The translations under genes and the position numbers were made by a program. Shown here one piece after another: positions 35,494-44,722 of a stretch of 64,000 nt of DNA; the first letter of the stretch is position 1; every line of letters starts with the position of its first letter. The notes beneath the pieces were generated by a model that saw nothing but the letters and a program-made list of their open reading frames with translations, was not told the origin of the DNA and searched no databases. Source of the stretch: Gammaproteobacteria bacterium. Its GTDB lineage: Bacteria; Pseudomonadota; Gammaproteobacteria; Poriferisulfidales; Oxydemutatoraceae. Location: positions 65,098 to 129,097 of the forward strand of contig JAPPQC010000011.1 of assembly GCA_028817225.1 (NCBI GenBank). The letters are read 5' to 3'.

Positions 35494-36564
35494 TCACGCC
35501 GCCGCCGCCGCGCCGCCGCGCGGCCACGCCTTCAACACCGCGTTGACCAGCGTCGCCAGCGGAATCGCAAAGAACACGCCCCAGATGCCCCACAAGCCGC
35601 CGAAAATCAGCACCGCCGAGATGATCGCAATCGGGTGCAGGTTGACAATCTCGGAAAACAGCAGCGGCACCAGGATATTGCCGTCGAGAAACTGAATCAC
35701 CGCGTAGGCGATCATCACATACAGAAACTCCGACGACAGCCCCCACTGCGCGTAGCCCACCAGCGCCACCGGTATCGTCACCACGGCGGCGCCGAGAAAC
35801 GGAATCACCACCGAGACGCCGACCAGAAAGGACAGCAGCGGCGCGTAGTTCAGCCCCAGCACCTGAAACACAATCCACGACACGAACCACACCGCCACAA
35901 TCTCAATCAACTTGCCGCGCACATAGCCGGAAATCTTCTGATTGACCTCGGCCCAGATGCGCGTCGTCAATGCGCGGTTTTCCTTGCGCGGCAGAAAACT
36001 CGCGCACCAGCGCAGCAGCACTTCCTTGTCTTTCAGGAAGAAGAAAATCAGCAGCGGCACCAGCACCAGGTAAATCAGCGCGGTGATGAAGCCGCCGATG
36101 GACGACAGCAGCGCCGCCAGCATGTCCTGCGCGATCTGCGCTATCTCGCTGCGCAAACTCATGATAACGCCGTCCACCTGCTGCTCGCTGAAATACTGCG
36201 GATACTTGTCGGGCAGTTGCGCGAGCAGCGCCTGGCCGCGCCCGAGGATGGACGGCAGTTCGCCGAGAAAGTCGGTGATCTGCGCTGCCATCAGCGGCGC
36301 CAGCACCAGCAGCGCCACCAGCACCGCCAGCAGAAAGCCCGGATAGACCAGCGCAAACGCCAGCGTCCGCGACAGCCGCCAGCGCCGCAGCAAGTCCATC
36401 ATGCCGTCCAGCAGGTAGGCGAACACCAGGCTGATCATCAGCGGCGCCAGAATGCGGCTGGCAAAGCCGATGACGACCGCGCCCAGCGCCAGCAGCACCA
36501 GCAGCACCGCGACCTGCGGGTTGGAAAAGGAGCGTTCAAACCATTGTCGAAAGGGGTTGGCCAT
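35494..36564 (-). CDS. AI-2E family transporter (PerM/YdiK-like permease)
   Basis: About 355 aa with 8 TM-like segments and the typical AI-2E layout. Start taken at MANPFRQW. Confidence 0.75.
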   Translation of the reverse strand: MANPFRQWFERSFSNPQVAVLLVLLALGAVVIGFASRILAPLMISLVFAYLLDGMMDLLRRWRLSRTLAFALVYPGFLLAVLVALLVLAPLMAAQITDFLGELPSILGRGQALLAQLPDKYPQYFSEQQVDGVIMSLRSEIAQIAQDMLAALLSSIGGFITALIYLVLVPLLIFFFLKDKEVLLRWCASFLPRKENRALTTRIWAEVNQKISGYVRGKLIEIVAVWFVSWIVFQVLGLNYAPLLSFLVGVSVVIPFLGAAVVTIPVALVGYAQWGLSSEFLYVMIAYAVIQFLDGNILVPLLFSEIVNLHPIAIISAVLIFGGLWGIWGVFFAIPLATLVNAVLKAWPRGGAAAAA

Positions 36565-36657
36565 GACATGCTTGCGCCGGGCGGCGCGTCCGGACGCCAC
36601 TTTACCAGAAATGCGCGCCGCCGTGAATACTTTGCTATACTGCCTGCGGGCCGAAGA

Positions 36658-38382
36658 ATGCGCGTTTCACGCTTTCCGCTACATACTCTGAAGGAAGAAC
36701 CCGCCGGCGCGGAGATTGCCAGCCACCGGCTGATGCTGCGCGCCGGCCTGATTCAGAAACTCTCGTCGGGGCTTTACCTGTGGCTTCCGGCGGGGCTGCG
36801 CGTGCTGCGCAAGGTCGCCGCCGTGGTGCGCGAGGAGATGGACGCCGCCGGCGCCTGCGAGTTGCTGATGCCGGCGGTGCAGCCCGCCGAACTGTGGCGC
36901 CAGTCGGGGCGCTGGGACGAATACGGCGCCGAACTGCTGCGGCTGCAAGACCGCCACGGGCGCGACTTCGTGTTCGGCCCGACGCACGAGGAAGTCATCA
37001 GCCATTTCGCCGCCGGCGCGTTGTCGAGTTACCGCCAACTGCCGGTCAACTACTACCAGATACAGACCAAGTTCCGCGACGAGATACGCCCGCGTTTCGG
37101 CGTCATGCGCGCGCGCGAATTCCTGATGAAAGACGCCTACTCTTTCCACGCCGACGAAGCCTCGCTCGACGAGACCTACCAAACGATGTTCGCCGCCTAC
37201 CGCCGGATTTTCGGGCGCCTGCAACTGAAATACCGCGCGGTGCTGGCCGACACCGGCGCCATCGGCGGCAGCGCCTCGCACGAATTCCACATCCTCGCCG
37301 ACTCGGGCGAAGACCGCATCGCGTTCTCCGACGAGGGCGACTACGCCGCCAGCGTTGAATTCGCGCCGACCGCGCCCGCCGCCGCCCGCGCCGCACCCGG
37401 CGCCGCGATGGAGAAGATTAACACGCCGGGCGCCGCCACCATCGAATCCCTCGCCGCGCTGCTCAACCTGCCGCCGGCGCGCTGCCTGAAGGCGCTGTTT
37501 GTCAACGGCGCCGACGGCGGCCTCGTCGCCGTGTTTTTGCGCGGCGACCACGAACTCAACGCCGTCAAGACCGCGAAACACCCGGCTGTCGCAAGCCCGC
37601 TGCAATTCGCCGACGCGCGGGCCGTCACCGACGTCGTCGGCTGCCCGCCCGGTTCGCTCGGCCCGCTCGGCCTCAACATGCCGGTGCTCGCCGACCACGC
37701 CGCCGCCGCGATGAGCGACTTCCCGACCGGCGCCAACGAGGAAGGCCGCCACTTCATCCACGCCAACTGGGGCCGCGATTTTCCGGAACCGGAAACCGGC
37801 GACTTCCGCAACATCAGGGAAGGCGACCCCGCCCCCGACGGCCATGGCCGCATCCGCATCCGCCGCGGCATCGAGGCCGGCCACATCTTCAAACTCGGCG
37901 CCAAATACAGCGAGGCGATGAATGTGACGGTGCTCGGCGAAGACGGGCGGCCCATCACCGTGATGATGGGCTGCTACGGCATCGGCATCTCGCGCATCGT
38001 CGCCGCCGCCATCGAGCAGAACCACGACGACAACGGCATCATCTGGCCGGCGCCGATGGCGCCCTTCCATCTGTCGCTGACGCCGGTCGGCTACCACCTG
38101 AAACCGCGGGTGAAAACCGAAACCGACCGCCTCTACCATCAGTTGCTCGACGCCGGCGTTGAAACGCTGCTTGATGACCGCGACGCGCGCCCCGGCATCC
38201 TGTTCGCCGACAGCGACCTGACGGGCCTGCCGCTGCGCCTCGTCGTCAGCGAGAAAAACCTTGACCAGGGCCGGGTTGAACTGAAAGACCGGCGCAGCGG
38301 CGAAACCCGGATGATGGCGCTTGAAGGCTGCGCCGCCGCCGTTGCCGCACTGTGCGCCGACTTGCTACAATCGCCGTCATGA
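36658..38382 (+). CDS. proS: proline--tRNA ligase
   Basis: MRVSRFPLHTLKEEPAGAEIASHRLMLRAGLIQKL... aligns to the E. coli ProS N-terminus. The ORF-track entry starting at 35302 is a spurious upstream extension. Confidence 0.9.
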   Translation: MRVSRFPLHTLKEEPAGAEIASHRLMLRAGLIQKLSSGLYLWLPAGLRVLRKVAAVVREEMDAAGACELLMPAVQPAELWRQSGRWDEYGAELLRLQDRHGRDFVFGPTHEEVISHFAAGALSSYRQLPVNYYQIQTKFRDEIRPRFGVMRAREFLMKDAYSFHADEASLDETYQTMFAAYRRIFGRLQLKYRAVLADTGAIGGSASHEFHILADSGEDRIAFSDEGDYAASVEFAPTAPAAARAAPGAAMEKINTPGAATIESLAALLNLPPARCLKALFVNGADGGLVAVFLRGDHELNAVKTAKHPAVASPLQFADARAVTDVVGCPPGSLGPLGLNMPVLADHAAAAMSDFPTGANEEGRHFIHANWGRDFPEPETGDFRNIREGDPAPDGHGRIRIRRGIEAGHIFKLGAKYSEAMNVTVLGEDGRPITVMMGCYGIGISRIVAAAIEQNHDDNGIIWPAPMAPFHLSLTPVGYHLKPRVKTETDRLYHQLLDAGVETLLDDRDARPGILFADSDLTGLPLRLVVSEKNLDQGRVELKDRRSGETRMMALEGCAAAVAALCADLLQSPS

Positions 38383-38750
38383 ACGCCCTCAACGCAATCC
38401 GCGTCGCCGCCCGCCTGCCGCTGCCGCCGCTGGCGCTGGCGCTGGCGGCGTCGCTGCTGGCCGCCGCGTGCGCGTCGCGGCTGACGACCGACGGCGAAAT
38501 GGTGCGGGTCGCAGGCCCCGAAGACATCAAGCAGTGCCGGCACATCGGCAACACCCGAATCTCGCTCGACGCCGCGCGCGAGAAACTCTTCAGCAACCGC
38601 ATCATCGCCGAGTCGCTTGAAAACGAGGCGCGCAACTTCGCGCGGCGCATCGGCGGCGACACCGTGCTGCCGGTTTCCGAAGCCGCCGAAGCCGCCCAGG
38701 TGTTCGGCGTCTATGACTGCCGCGCACCGGCGCAGCGCAAACGCCGATGA
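38379..38750 (+). CDS. hypothetical lipoprotein
   Basis: ATG overlaps the proS stop (ATGA). Signal and lipobox LLAAACAS. 123 aa. Confidence 0.5.
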   Translation: MNALNAIRVAARLPLPPLALALAASLLAAACASRLTTDGEMVRVAGPEDIKQCRHIGNTRISLDAAREKLFSNRIIAESLENEARNFARRIGGDTVLPVSEAAEAAQVFGVYDCRAPAQRKRR

Positions 38751-39577
38751 ACGCGCCGCGCTCCATCCTGATCACCGGCTGCTCCTCCGGCATCGGCCTG
38801 TGCGCCGCGCACGCGCTGAAACGCCGCGGCCACCGCGTGTTCGCGACCGCGCGCGCCGACGCCGATGTCGAGAAACTGCGCGACAACGGCCTGGACGCCG
38901 CGCAACTCGATGTCAACGACACCGCCGGCATCAACCGCTGCATTGAGCAACTGCTGGAAAAAACCGGCGGCTCGCTCGATGCGCTGTTCAACAACGCCGG
39001 CTACGGGCAATACGGCGCGCTGGAAGACCTGCCGCGCGACAGTTTGCGCCGGCAATTTGAGACCAATCTGTTCGGCCTGCACGAACTGACGGCGCGCGTG
39101 ATTCCGGTGATGCGCCGCCGGCGCCACGGGCGCATCATCCAGAACAGTTCGCTGCTGGGCTACCTCGCGCTGCCGCTGTGCGGCGCCTACACTGCGTCCA
39201 AGCACGCGCTGGAAGGCTGGAGCGACACGCTGCGGCTGGAACTGGCCGGCAGCGGCATCCATGTGTCGCTGATTGAGCCGGGGCCGATTGAAAGCGCCTT
39301 CGCCGAAAGCAGCCGGCGCCACACCGAAGACGCCGTCGGCGAAGACCGCGCCGACGAGCCGCGCTATCGCCGGCTGCGCGAACGCATGAACGAGAGCCGC
39401 GGACGCCTCGCCAGACGCCCGCCCGAAACCGTCGTCCGCTGCCTGATCCACGCGCTGGAAAGCCGCCGCCCGAAAGCCCGCTACCAGGTCGGCGCGCCGG
39501 CGGCGGCGCTGTGGTATGCAAAACGCTGGGTGCCGACGCGGCTGCTCGACCGGATGCTGCTGGGGGCCGGCGGATGA
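38747..39577 (+). CDS. short-chain dehydrogenase/reductase (SDR) family oxidoreductase
   Basis: ILITGCSSGIGLCAA...NNAG...catalytic S...YTASK motif. Confidence 0.8.
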   Translation: MNAPRSILITGCSSGIGLCAAHALKRRGHRVFATARADADVEKLRDNGLDAAQLDVNDTAGINRCIEQLLEKTGGSLDALFNNAGYGQYGALEDLPRDSLRRQFETNLFGLHELTARVIPVMRRRRHGRIIQNSSLLGYLALPLCGAYTASKHALEGWSDTLRLELAGSGIHVSLIEPGPIESAFAESSRRHTEDAVGEDRADEPRYRRLRERMNESRGRLARRPPETVVRCLIHALESRRPKARYQVGAPAAALWYAKRWVPTRLLDRMLLGAGG

Positions 39578-40269
39578 ACGCGCGCCCGCGCGGAAAGCGC
39601 CAACTTCATTTCGCCGCCGCCGGACAGGCTGCCGGGGGCCGGCGGACAAACCTGCGCCTGCGCGTCATCGCGTGCGCGTGCGCGTGCGCGCTGCTGGCCG
39701 GCTGCGCCGAGCCGAGGCCGCGCAGCGTCGCCAACGCCTGCGAGATTTTCTCGCAGAAAATCCACTGGTACGAAGCCGCCCGCGATTCGCAGCAGCGCTG
39801 GAATATCCCGATGGCGCTGCTGCTCGCCTTCGTCCACCAGGAATCGTCGTTCCACGCGACCGCAAGGCCGCCGCGCCGCCGCCTGCTCGGTATCATTCCG
39901 TGGGTCAGGCCGTCGTCGGCCTACGGCTACGCGCAGGCGGTGGACCACACCTGGAAGGAATACAAGAAAGAAACGGGCCGCACGCTGGCGCGGCGCAGCA
40001 ACTTCAACGACGCGATGGACTTCATCGGCTGGTACAACAACAAAAGCGTGCGCGAACTCGGCCTGCGCCGCAACGACGCCCGCCGCCTCTACCTCGCCTA
40101 CCACGAGGGCCGCAACGGCTACCGCCGCCAGTCGTACAACGCGAAGCCGTGGCTGCTGAAAGTCGCGCAAAAGGTGCAGCGCCGCAAAAATGCCTACGAC
40201 AAACAACTGAAAACCTGCGACCTGAAACCGAGGCCGTGGTACCGGAAGATGTTTGATTGGCGTCTGTAA
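39574..40269 (+). CDS. lytic transglycosylase-domain lipoprotein (putative)
   Basis: ATG overlaps the SDR stop (ATGA). Lipobox ALLAGCAEP. Contains AFVHQESSF...YGYAQ, reminiscent of an SLT domain. Confidence 0.55.
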   Translation: MNARPRGKRQLHFAAAGQAAGGRRTNLRLRVIACACACALLAGCAEPRPRSVANACEIFSQKIHWYEAARDSQQRWNIPMALLLAFVHQESSFHATARPPRRRLLGIIPWVRPSSAYGYAQAVDHTWKEYKKETGRTLARRSNFNDAMDFIGWYNNKSVRELGLRRNDARRLYLAYHEGRNGYRRQSYNAKPWLLKVAQKVQRRKNAYDKQLKTCDLKPRPWYRKMFDWRL

Positions 40270-40317
40270 AGACGCCTGGCGTGGACAAGGCGTTTGATTG
40301 GCGTCTGTAAAGACGCC
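40251..40317. repeat. two direct copies of a 26-nt hairpin-forming element (GTTTGATTGGCGTCTGTAAAGACGCC), 15 nt apart
   Basis: Exact repeat at 40251–40276 and 40292–40317. Each contains the inverted repeat GGCGTCT/AGACGCC. The first copy overlaps the CDS stop. Confidence 0.5.
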
Positions 40318-40329
40318 CGCAAAGAAAAA

Positions 40330-40406
40330 TGGTGGCTATGGCGGGACTTGAACCTGCGACCCCGGCATTATGAATGCCGTGCTCTAACCAACTGAGCTAC
40401 ATAGCC
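40330..40406 (-). tRNA. tRNA-Met (CAT), elongator-like
   Basis: Reverse complement GGCTATGTAGCTCAGTTGGTTAGAGCACGGCATTCATAATGCCGGGGTCGCAGGTTCAAGTCCCGCCATAGCCACCA; close to E. coli metT. Confidence 0.8.
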
Positions 40407-40447
40407 GCCGACAACCCCGCATTATAGTCCATCCGGCGCGGCGCGCG

Positions 40448-41536
40448 TCAGACAGTGAAGCGAAAATGGGCGACATCGCCCTCCTGCATCACATAATCCC
40501 TGCCCTCAAGACGCCATTTGCCGGCGTCCTTCGCCTGCTGTTCGCCGCCGCAGGCGATGTAGTCGGCATAGGCGATGATTTCGGCACGCACAAAGCCTTT
40601 CTCAAAGTCGCCGTGGATGCGCCCGGCGGCGCGCGGCGCGGTCGCGCCGGCGGCGACGGTCCAGGCGCGCGCCTCCTTCGGCCCGGCGGTGAAGAAGGTC
40701 AGCAGGTCCAGCAGGCGGTAACCGGCGTGCGCGATGCGGTCAAGGCCGGCCTCGCGCAGCCCCGCCGCCTCCAGAAACTCGCCGCGCTCCGCCGCCTCAA
40801 GGCCGGCCAGTTCGGCCTCAAAACGCGCGCAAACCTCCACCGCCGCCAGGCCGCTGCGCGCCGCGTAACCGGCGACGGCGCGGCGGTGCGCGCCGCCGTC
40901 GTCGTCCTCGCCGGTGTTGGCAATCAGCAGCATCGGCTTCGCCGTCAGCAGGCTTAATTCGCGCGCGCAGACGCGCTCGTCATCGCGCAAATCCAGGTCG
41001 CGCACGCTGCCGCCGGCGGCCAGTTGTTCGTTCAGGCGTTGCAGCGCCGCCGCGCGCGCCAGCGCCTCCTTGTCGCCGGACTTGGCGCTTTTGGCGGCGC
41101 GCGCGGCGGCGCGCTCGACGCTCTCAAGGTCGGCCAGCAGCAGTTCGGTGTGGATTGTCTCAATGTCCGACAGCGGGTTGACGCGCCCCGCCACATGCGC
41201 GACGCCACCGTCGTCAAAGCAGCGCACGACCTGGGCGATGGCGTCGGTCTCGCGGATGTGCGACAGAAAGCGGTTGCCGAGGCCCTCGCCGCGCGACGCG
41301 CCCGCGACCAGGCCGGCGATGTCCACAAATTCAAGCGTCGTCGGCACGACGCGCGCCGACTGCGCCAGGCCGGCCAACCGGCCAAGGCGCTCGTCCGGCA
41401 CCGCGACGACGCCGGTGTTCGGGTCAATCGTGCAAAACGGGTAATTCTCGGCGGCGACGCCGGCGCTGGTCATCGCGTTGAACAGCGTGGATTTGCCGAC
41501 ATTCGGCAGGCCGACGATGCCGCACTTGAAGCCCAT
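40448..41536 (-). CDS. ychF: redox-regulated ribosome-binding ATPase YchF
   Basis: MGFKCGIVGLPNVGKSTLFNAMT...C-terminal TGS domain. Confidence 0.9.
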   Translation of the reverse strand: MGFKCGIVGLPNVGKSTLFNAMTSAGVAAENYPFCTIDPNTGVVAVPDERLGRLAGLAQSARVVPTTLEFVDIAGLVAGASRGEGLGNRFLSHIRETDAIAQVVRCFDDGGVAHVAGRVNPLSDIETIHTELLLADLESVERAAARAAKSAKSGDKEALARAAALQRLNEQLAAGGSVRDLDLRDDERVCARELSLLTAKPMLLIANTGEDDDGGAHRRAVAGYAARSGLAAVEVCARFEAELAGLEAAERGEFLEAAGLREAGLDRIAHAGYRLLDLLTFFTAGPKEARAWTVAAGATAPRAAGRIHGDFEKGFVRAEIIAYADYIACGGEQQAKDAGKWRLEGRDYVMQEGDVAHFRFTV

Positions 41537-41557
41537 GACGCGCCCCGCTCCGCGCGA

Positions 41558-42139
41558 TCAGTCCGCGTGCAGCGTGTTCATCGCGCCGTCAAAGCCGCCG
41601 GCGACCAGTTGTTCAACGGCGTCGCAGGCGCGCTCGATGCCGGCATGTATCGCAGCGGCGGCGTCCTTGTCCGGGTCGCTCAGCACATGGCGCACAACGC
41701 GGTCGCGGTGTCCGGGGTGGCCGACGCCGATGCGCAGCCGCCAGAAACCGACGCCGACATGGCGGATGATGTCAACAAGGCCGTTGTGCCCGCCGGCGCC
41801 GCCGCCGTGTTTCAGGCGGATTTTGGCGACCTCAAAGTCAATCTCGTCGTGCGCGACCAGTATCGCGCCGGTGTCAATCTTGTGAAAACCGGCGAACGCC
41901 CGCAATGCGCGCCCGCTGTCGTTGATGAAGGTCGAGGGAATGAACAGCCACAGCGGTCTTGACGCCATCTCAATACGGCAACTGGAGCCGTGCAGTTTGC
42001 CGCGCCCGGCGAACACCGCGCCATGGCGCCGCGCCAGCGCCTCGACAAACCACCTGCCGGCGTTGTGACGGTTGCCGGCATACTCATCACCGGGATTGCC
42101 GAGACCGACGACCAGACGAATGCCCGCGGTTTCAGTCAT
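41558..42139 (-). CDS. pth: peptidyl-tRNA hydrolase
   Basis: IRLVVGLGNPGDEYAGNRHNAGRWFVEALA... Start at MTETAG; the ORF extends to 42259. Confidence 0.9.
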   Translation of the reverse strand: MTETAGIRLVVGLGNPGDEYAGNRHNAGRWFVEALARRHGAVFAGRGKLHGSSCRIEMASRPLWLFIPSTFINDSGRALRAFAGFHKIDTGAILVAHDEIDFEVAKIRLKHGGGAGGHNGLVDIIRHVGVGFWRLRIGVGHPGHRDRVVRHVLSDPDKDAAAAIHAGIERACDAVEQLVAGGFDGAMNTLHAD

Positions 42140-42268
42140 CGAAGCGGCACGACAACGGGAGGGGCGGGAAATGGCAGGAGGCAAGCCCGCAAGGGCAACA
42201 GCACGAGGCAAGCCGCGCAAGGCAACAGCACAAAGCAAGCCGTGCGCGCTACCGCGCACGGCGGAGCA

Positions 42269-42949
42269 TCAATCCTCCTTCTTCTCCTGTTCGCCTTCCG
42301 CCGGCGTCTCTTCGCCGGCCTCCGCCTCGGCGGCCTCGGCGGCTTCTTGCTCTTCCTCCAGCGCGGCGACGCGCGGCTTGATAACCGACACAATCGCATG
42401 GTCAATCTCCTCGCCGTGCGACAGCGCCATCAGCATCACATTATCGGGCAGCGTGATGTCGGACAGGTGCAGCGACTGCCCGAGTTCCAGTTGCGCGATG
42501 TCAACGCCGATGTATTCGGGCAGGTCCTGCGGCAGGCAAGACACCTCGGCCTCGGTCTGCAAGTGGCTGACAATGCCGCCCTGCTGCTTGACGCCGACGC
42601 AGGTGTCCTCGTTGATGAAGTGCAGCGGCACATTCATCGTGATGCGCTTGTCGGTCGAGACGCGCATGAAGTCAATGTGCAGTATCCGCGGCCTGCTCGG
42701 GTGCCTCTGCAAATCGCGCAGAATCACCTTCTCCTTCTTGCGCCCGATCTTCAGCGTCAGGATGTGCGAATAAAACGCCTCGTGCCCAAGGTGGCGTATC
42801 AGTTCGTTGTGTTTCAGCGCGATCGGCACCGCGCCGTGTTCGCCGCCGTAGAGTATCGCCGGCACCAGGCCCTCGCCGCGCAGCCGCCGGCTGAAACGGC
42901 TGCCGCCGCCGTCGCGCGGCTGCGCGCTGATCTCAAAGTCTTTTTGCAT
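42269..42949 (-). CDS. rplY: 50S ribosomal protein L25 / general stress protein Ctc
   Basis: MQKDFEISAQPRDGGGSRFSRRLRGEGLVPAILYGG... with an acidic C-terminal tail. Position upstream of pth as in Pseudomonas. Confidence 0.85.
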   Translation of the reverse strand: MQKDFEISAQPRDGGGSRFSRRLRGEGLVPAILYGGEHGAVPIALKHNELIRHLGHEAFYSHILTLKIGRKKEKVILRDLQRHPSRPRILHIDFMRVSTDKRITMNVPLHFINEDTCVGVKQQGGIVSHLQTEAEVSCLPQDLPEYIGVDIAQLELGQSLHLSDITLPDNVMLMALSHGEEIDHAIVSVIKPRVAALEEEQEAAEAAEAEAGEETPAEGEQEKKED

Positions 42950-43052
42950 GGTTTGTCTCCTTCAATTAATCATGCCGAATGCCTGCGCCGCGGCGCGCGC
43001 ATTTCAGGACAGGCGGCGGCGGTCGCTGAAGCCGTGCGGCGGTGCGCCCGAA

Positions 43053-43301
43053 TCAGCGGCGGCGGGCCGGCGGGAGTGTTGAGGGCGTGCGCCGCCTGCG
43101 AATCTGAACCAGCGACAGCGCCAGTATCAGCGCCAGCGCCGCCAGTGCGGCAGGGCCGAGGGCGCCGCCGCCGCCTCCGCCAGCGGCGGCGGCGGCGAAT
43201 CTTGCCAATGGCCGGGAATGTTTGTTGGCGACAGGGTTTGTTCCGCGCCTGAAAGCGGCGGCGGCGGCGAATCCTGCCGGGCAATCATTTTTCATTTTCA
43301 T
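43053..43301 (-). CDS. hypothetical small protein (82 aa) with C-terminal hydrophobic segment followed by Arg-rich tail
   Basis: MKMKNDCPAGFAAAAAFRRG...GGGGGGALGPAALAALALILALSLVQIRRRRTP. Contains GCGGCGGCGGCGGCGAATC direct repeats. Weak evidence only. Confidence 0.25.
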   Translation of the reverse strand: MKMKNDCPAGFAAAAAFRRGTNPVANKHSRPLARFAAAAAGGGGGGALGPAALAALALILALSLVQIRRRRTPSTLPPARRR

Positions 43302-43923
43302 GCTCTGTTTGTTATTGTGAATCCCGCGTTCCCGACGCAGCCCTCGCGGTCTTGCTTGCAGGCGCTCCGTGCACCGTGCAGCGAGACCGTCGCGGGTGCG
43401 GGCGATTATAGCACCACGCCCCCCGCACCACAAAACCACCGCCCGACGGGCGATTTCCGGCCTCATGGGGCGGCGCGGGCGCGGAAAATGGCGGCACGGC
43501 GCGGCTTTGCAGGGGCGCTTTTGCCCTGCACGGGCCGCCTGCACCACGTACGCCGTTCGTCGGAAGGGATTCTCCGCCACTTCATACACTTGACCTGTTT
43601 TTCCCCGACGATGGCGGTTTTTGGCCATGCCGGGGCGCCGCGATGTGCTTACAATAAGCCTGATGAATAACGGAACACGGACAGATTGTTTGCATGTGGC
43701 GACAGCACGCAACGGCGTCCGGACGAGCGTTGTTGTCTGCGGCGGCATCCGGGCCGTGCCTGTGCGGGCGTTCGCGCCACTGCCTTTGCGGGCGCCGTTA
43801 TTCCCGGCCAACGGTCATTCGTCGGCCAAATGCTACCGCTTGTCGGCTGGCGTGCGCCAAGCCTTGCAAAATCCTTCAGATTGGGTTCTCGCTAAACCTT
43901 GAACCTTAATCGGAGGCAATCAG

Positions 43924-44604
43924 ATGATGGCACCACAAAAAAAGAAACCGCTGCCCGGCCAGCACCGCAAAGTCGAGCCACTCACCCGGAAGATAGAGGC
44001 CGTCGCGCCGCCGCGCCCGCAACTGGAGGTTCTGCAGGAACGCATGAACCAGACGGCAACTGCCGTGCAGGTGGACAAACTGCACGGCGAAGCCATGGGG
44101 CGGATGGATGCAACCAGGGCAGAGATGCACGAACTGCACGGCGAAGCCATGGGGCGGATGGATATTCTGCAAGAGCGCATGGGCCACATGGCAACCAGGG
44201 AAGAGATGCACGAACTGCACGGCGAAGCCATGGGGCGGATAGATGCAACCAGGGCAGAGATGCACAAACTGCACGGCGAAACCATGGGGCGAATAGATAT
44301 TCTGCAAGAGCGCATGGGCCACATGGCAACCAGGGAAGAGATGCACGAACTGCACGGCGAAGCCATGGGGCGGATAGAGATTCTGCAAGAGCGCACGAAG
44401 TCCATGGCAACCACGGCGGATATGAACAAACTGCACGGTGAAGCGATGGAGCGAATCGGCAAGGTGGAAACCTGCATAGGCGAAATAAAGGGCGATTTAA
44501 AGTTCATCAAATGGATTGGAGGCACGCTTGGAATCGCCATCGTTGCCGGACTCATCACCATGATTGCCGGACTCGCCAAAATCATTTTCTTCCCGGTTGT
44601 GTGA
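43924..44604 (+). CDS. histidine-rich tandem-repeat protein with C-terminal transmembrane anchor (XhlA/DUF1640-like tail?)
   Basis: GGAGG SD 6 nt before ATGATG. 226 aa with repeats MHELHGEAMGRMDATRAE / MHELHGEAMGRMDILQERMGHMATREE. C-terminus KFIKWIGGTLGIAIVAGLITMIAGLAKIIFF. The alternative frame 43899..44441 is a repeat shadow. Confidence 0.6.
   Translation: MMAPQKKKPLPGQHRKVEPLTRKIEAVAPPRPQLEVLQERMNQTATAVQVDKLHGEAMGRMDATRAEMHELHGEAMGRMDILQERMGHMATREEMHELHGEAMGRIDATRAEMHKLHGETMGRIDILQERMGHMATREEMHELHGEAMGRIEILQERTKSMATTADMNKLHGEAMERIGKVETCIGEIKGDLKFIKWIGGTLGIAIVAGLITMIAGLAKIIFFPVV
44077..44434 (+). repeat. in-frame tandem repeat, unit about 135 nt (54-nt and 81-nt sub-units), about 2.6 copies
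   Basis: Nucleotide repeats ...GCAACCAGGGCAGAGATGCACGAACTGCACGGCGAAGCCATGGGGCGGATGGAT... recur with few substitutions. Confidence 0.7.
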
Positions 44605-44632
44605 TTTTGGGCGCTGCCGGGCACACTGATTG

Positions 44633-44662
44633 AAAGGGCCGCCTTCGGGCGGCCTTTTTTTG
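44633..44662 (+). terminator. rho-independent terminator
   Basis: GGGCCGCCTTCGGGCGGCC hairpin followed by TTTTTTT, 30 nt after the stop of the repeat protein. Confidence 0.6.
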
Positions 44663-44722
44663 GCGTTGCGGTTTTTTTGCGCCGCGGTTCCGCGCGCGGG
44701 CCGGTTGCGGGGAGCCGCCCCG

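Noticed and set aside
35302-36657. Apparent 450-aa N-terminal extension of proS in the ORF track
   Set aside because: It overlaps dapA and the AI-2E transporter on the other strand. Homology with E. coli ProS begins exactly at MRVSRFPL (36658).
43053-43301. Interpretation of the small minus-strand ORF as a PEP-CTERM or sortase-type sorting-signal protein
   Set aside because: It has the hydrophobic helix plus RRRR tail but no PEP or LPXTG motif and no signal peptide. It is kept only as a low-confidence hypothetical.
43899-44441. Alternative 180-aa frame across the tandem-repeat region
   Set aside because: Arg/Gly/His-rich repeat shadow with no SD. The overlapping frame at 43924 has a GGAGG SD, a coherent repeat protein and a C-terminal TM helix followed by a terminator.
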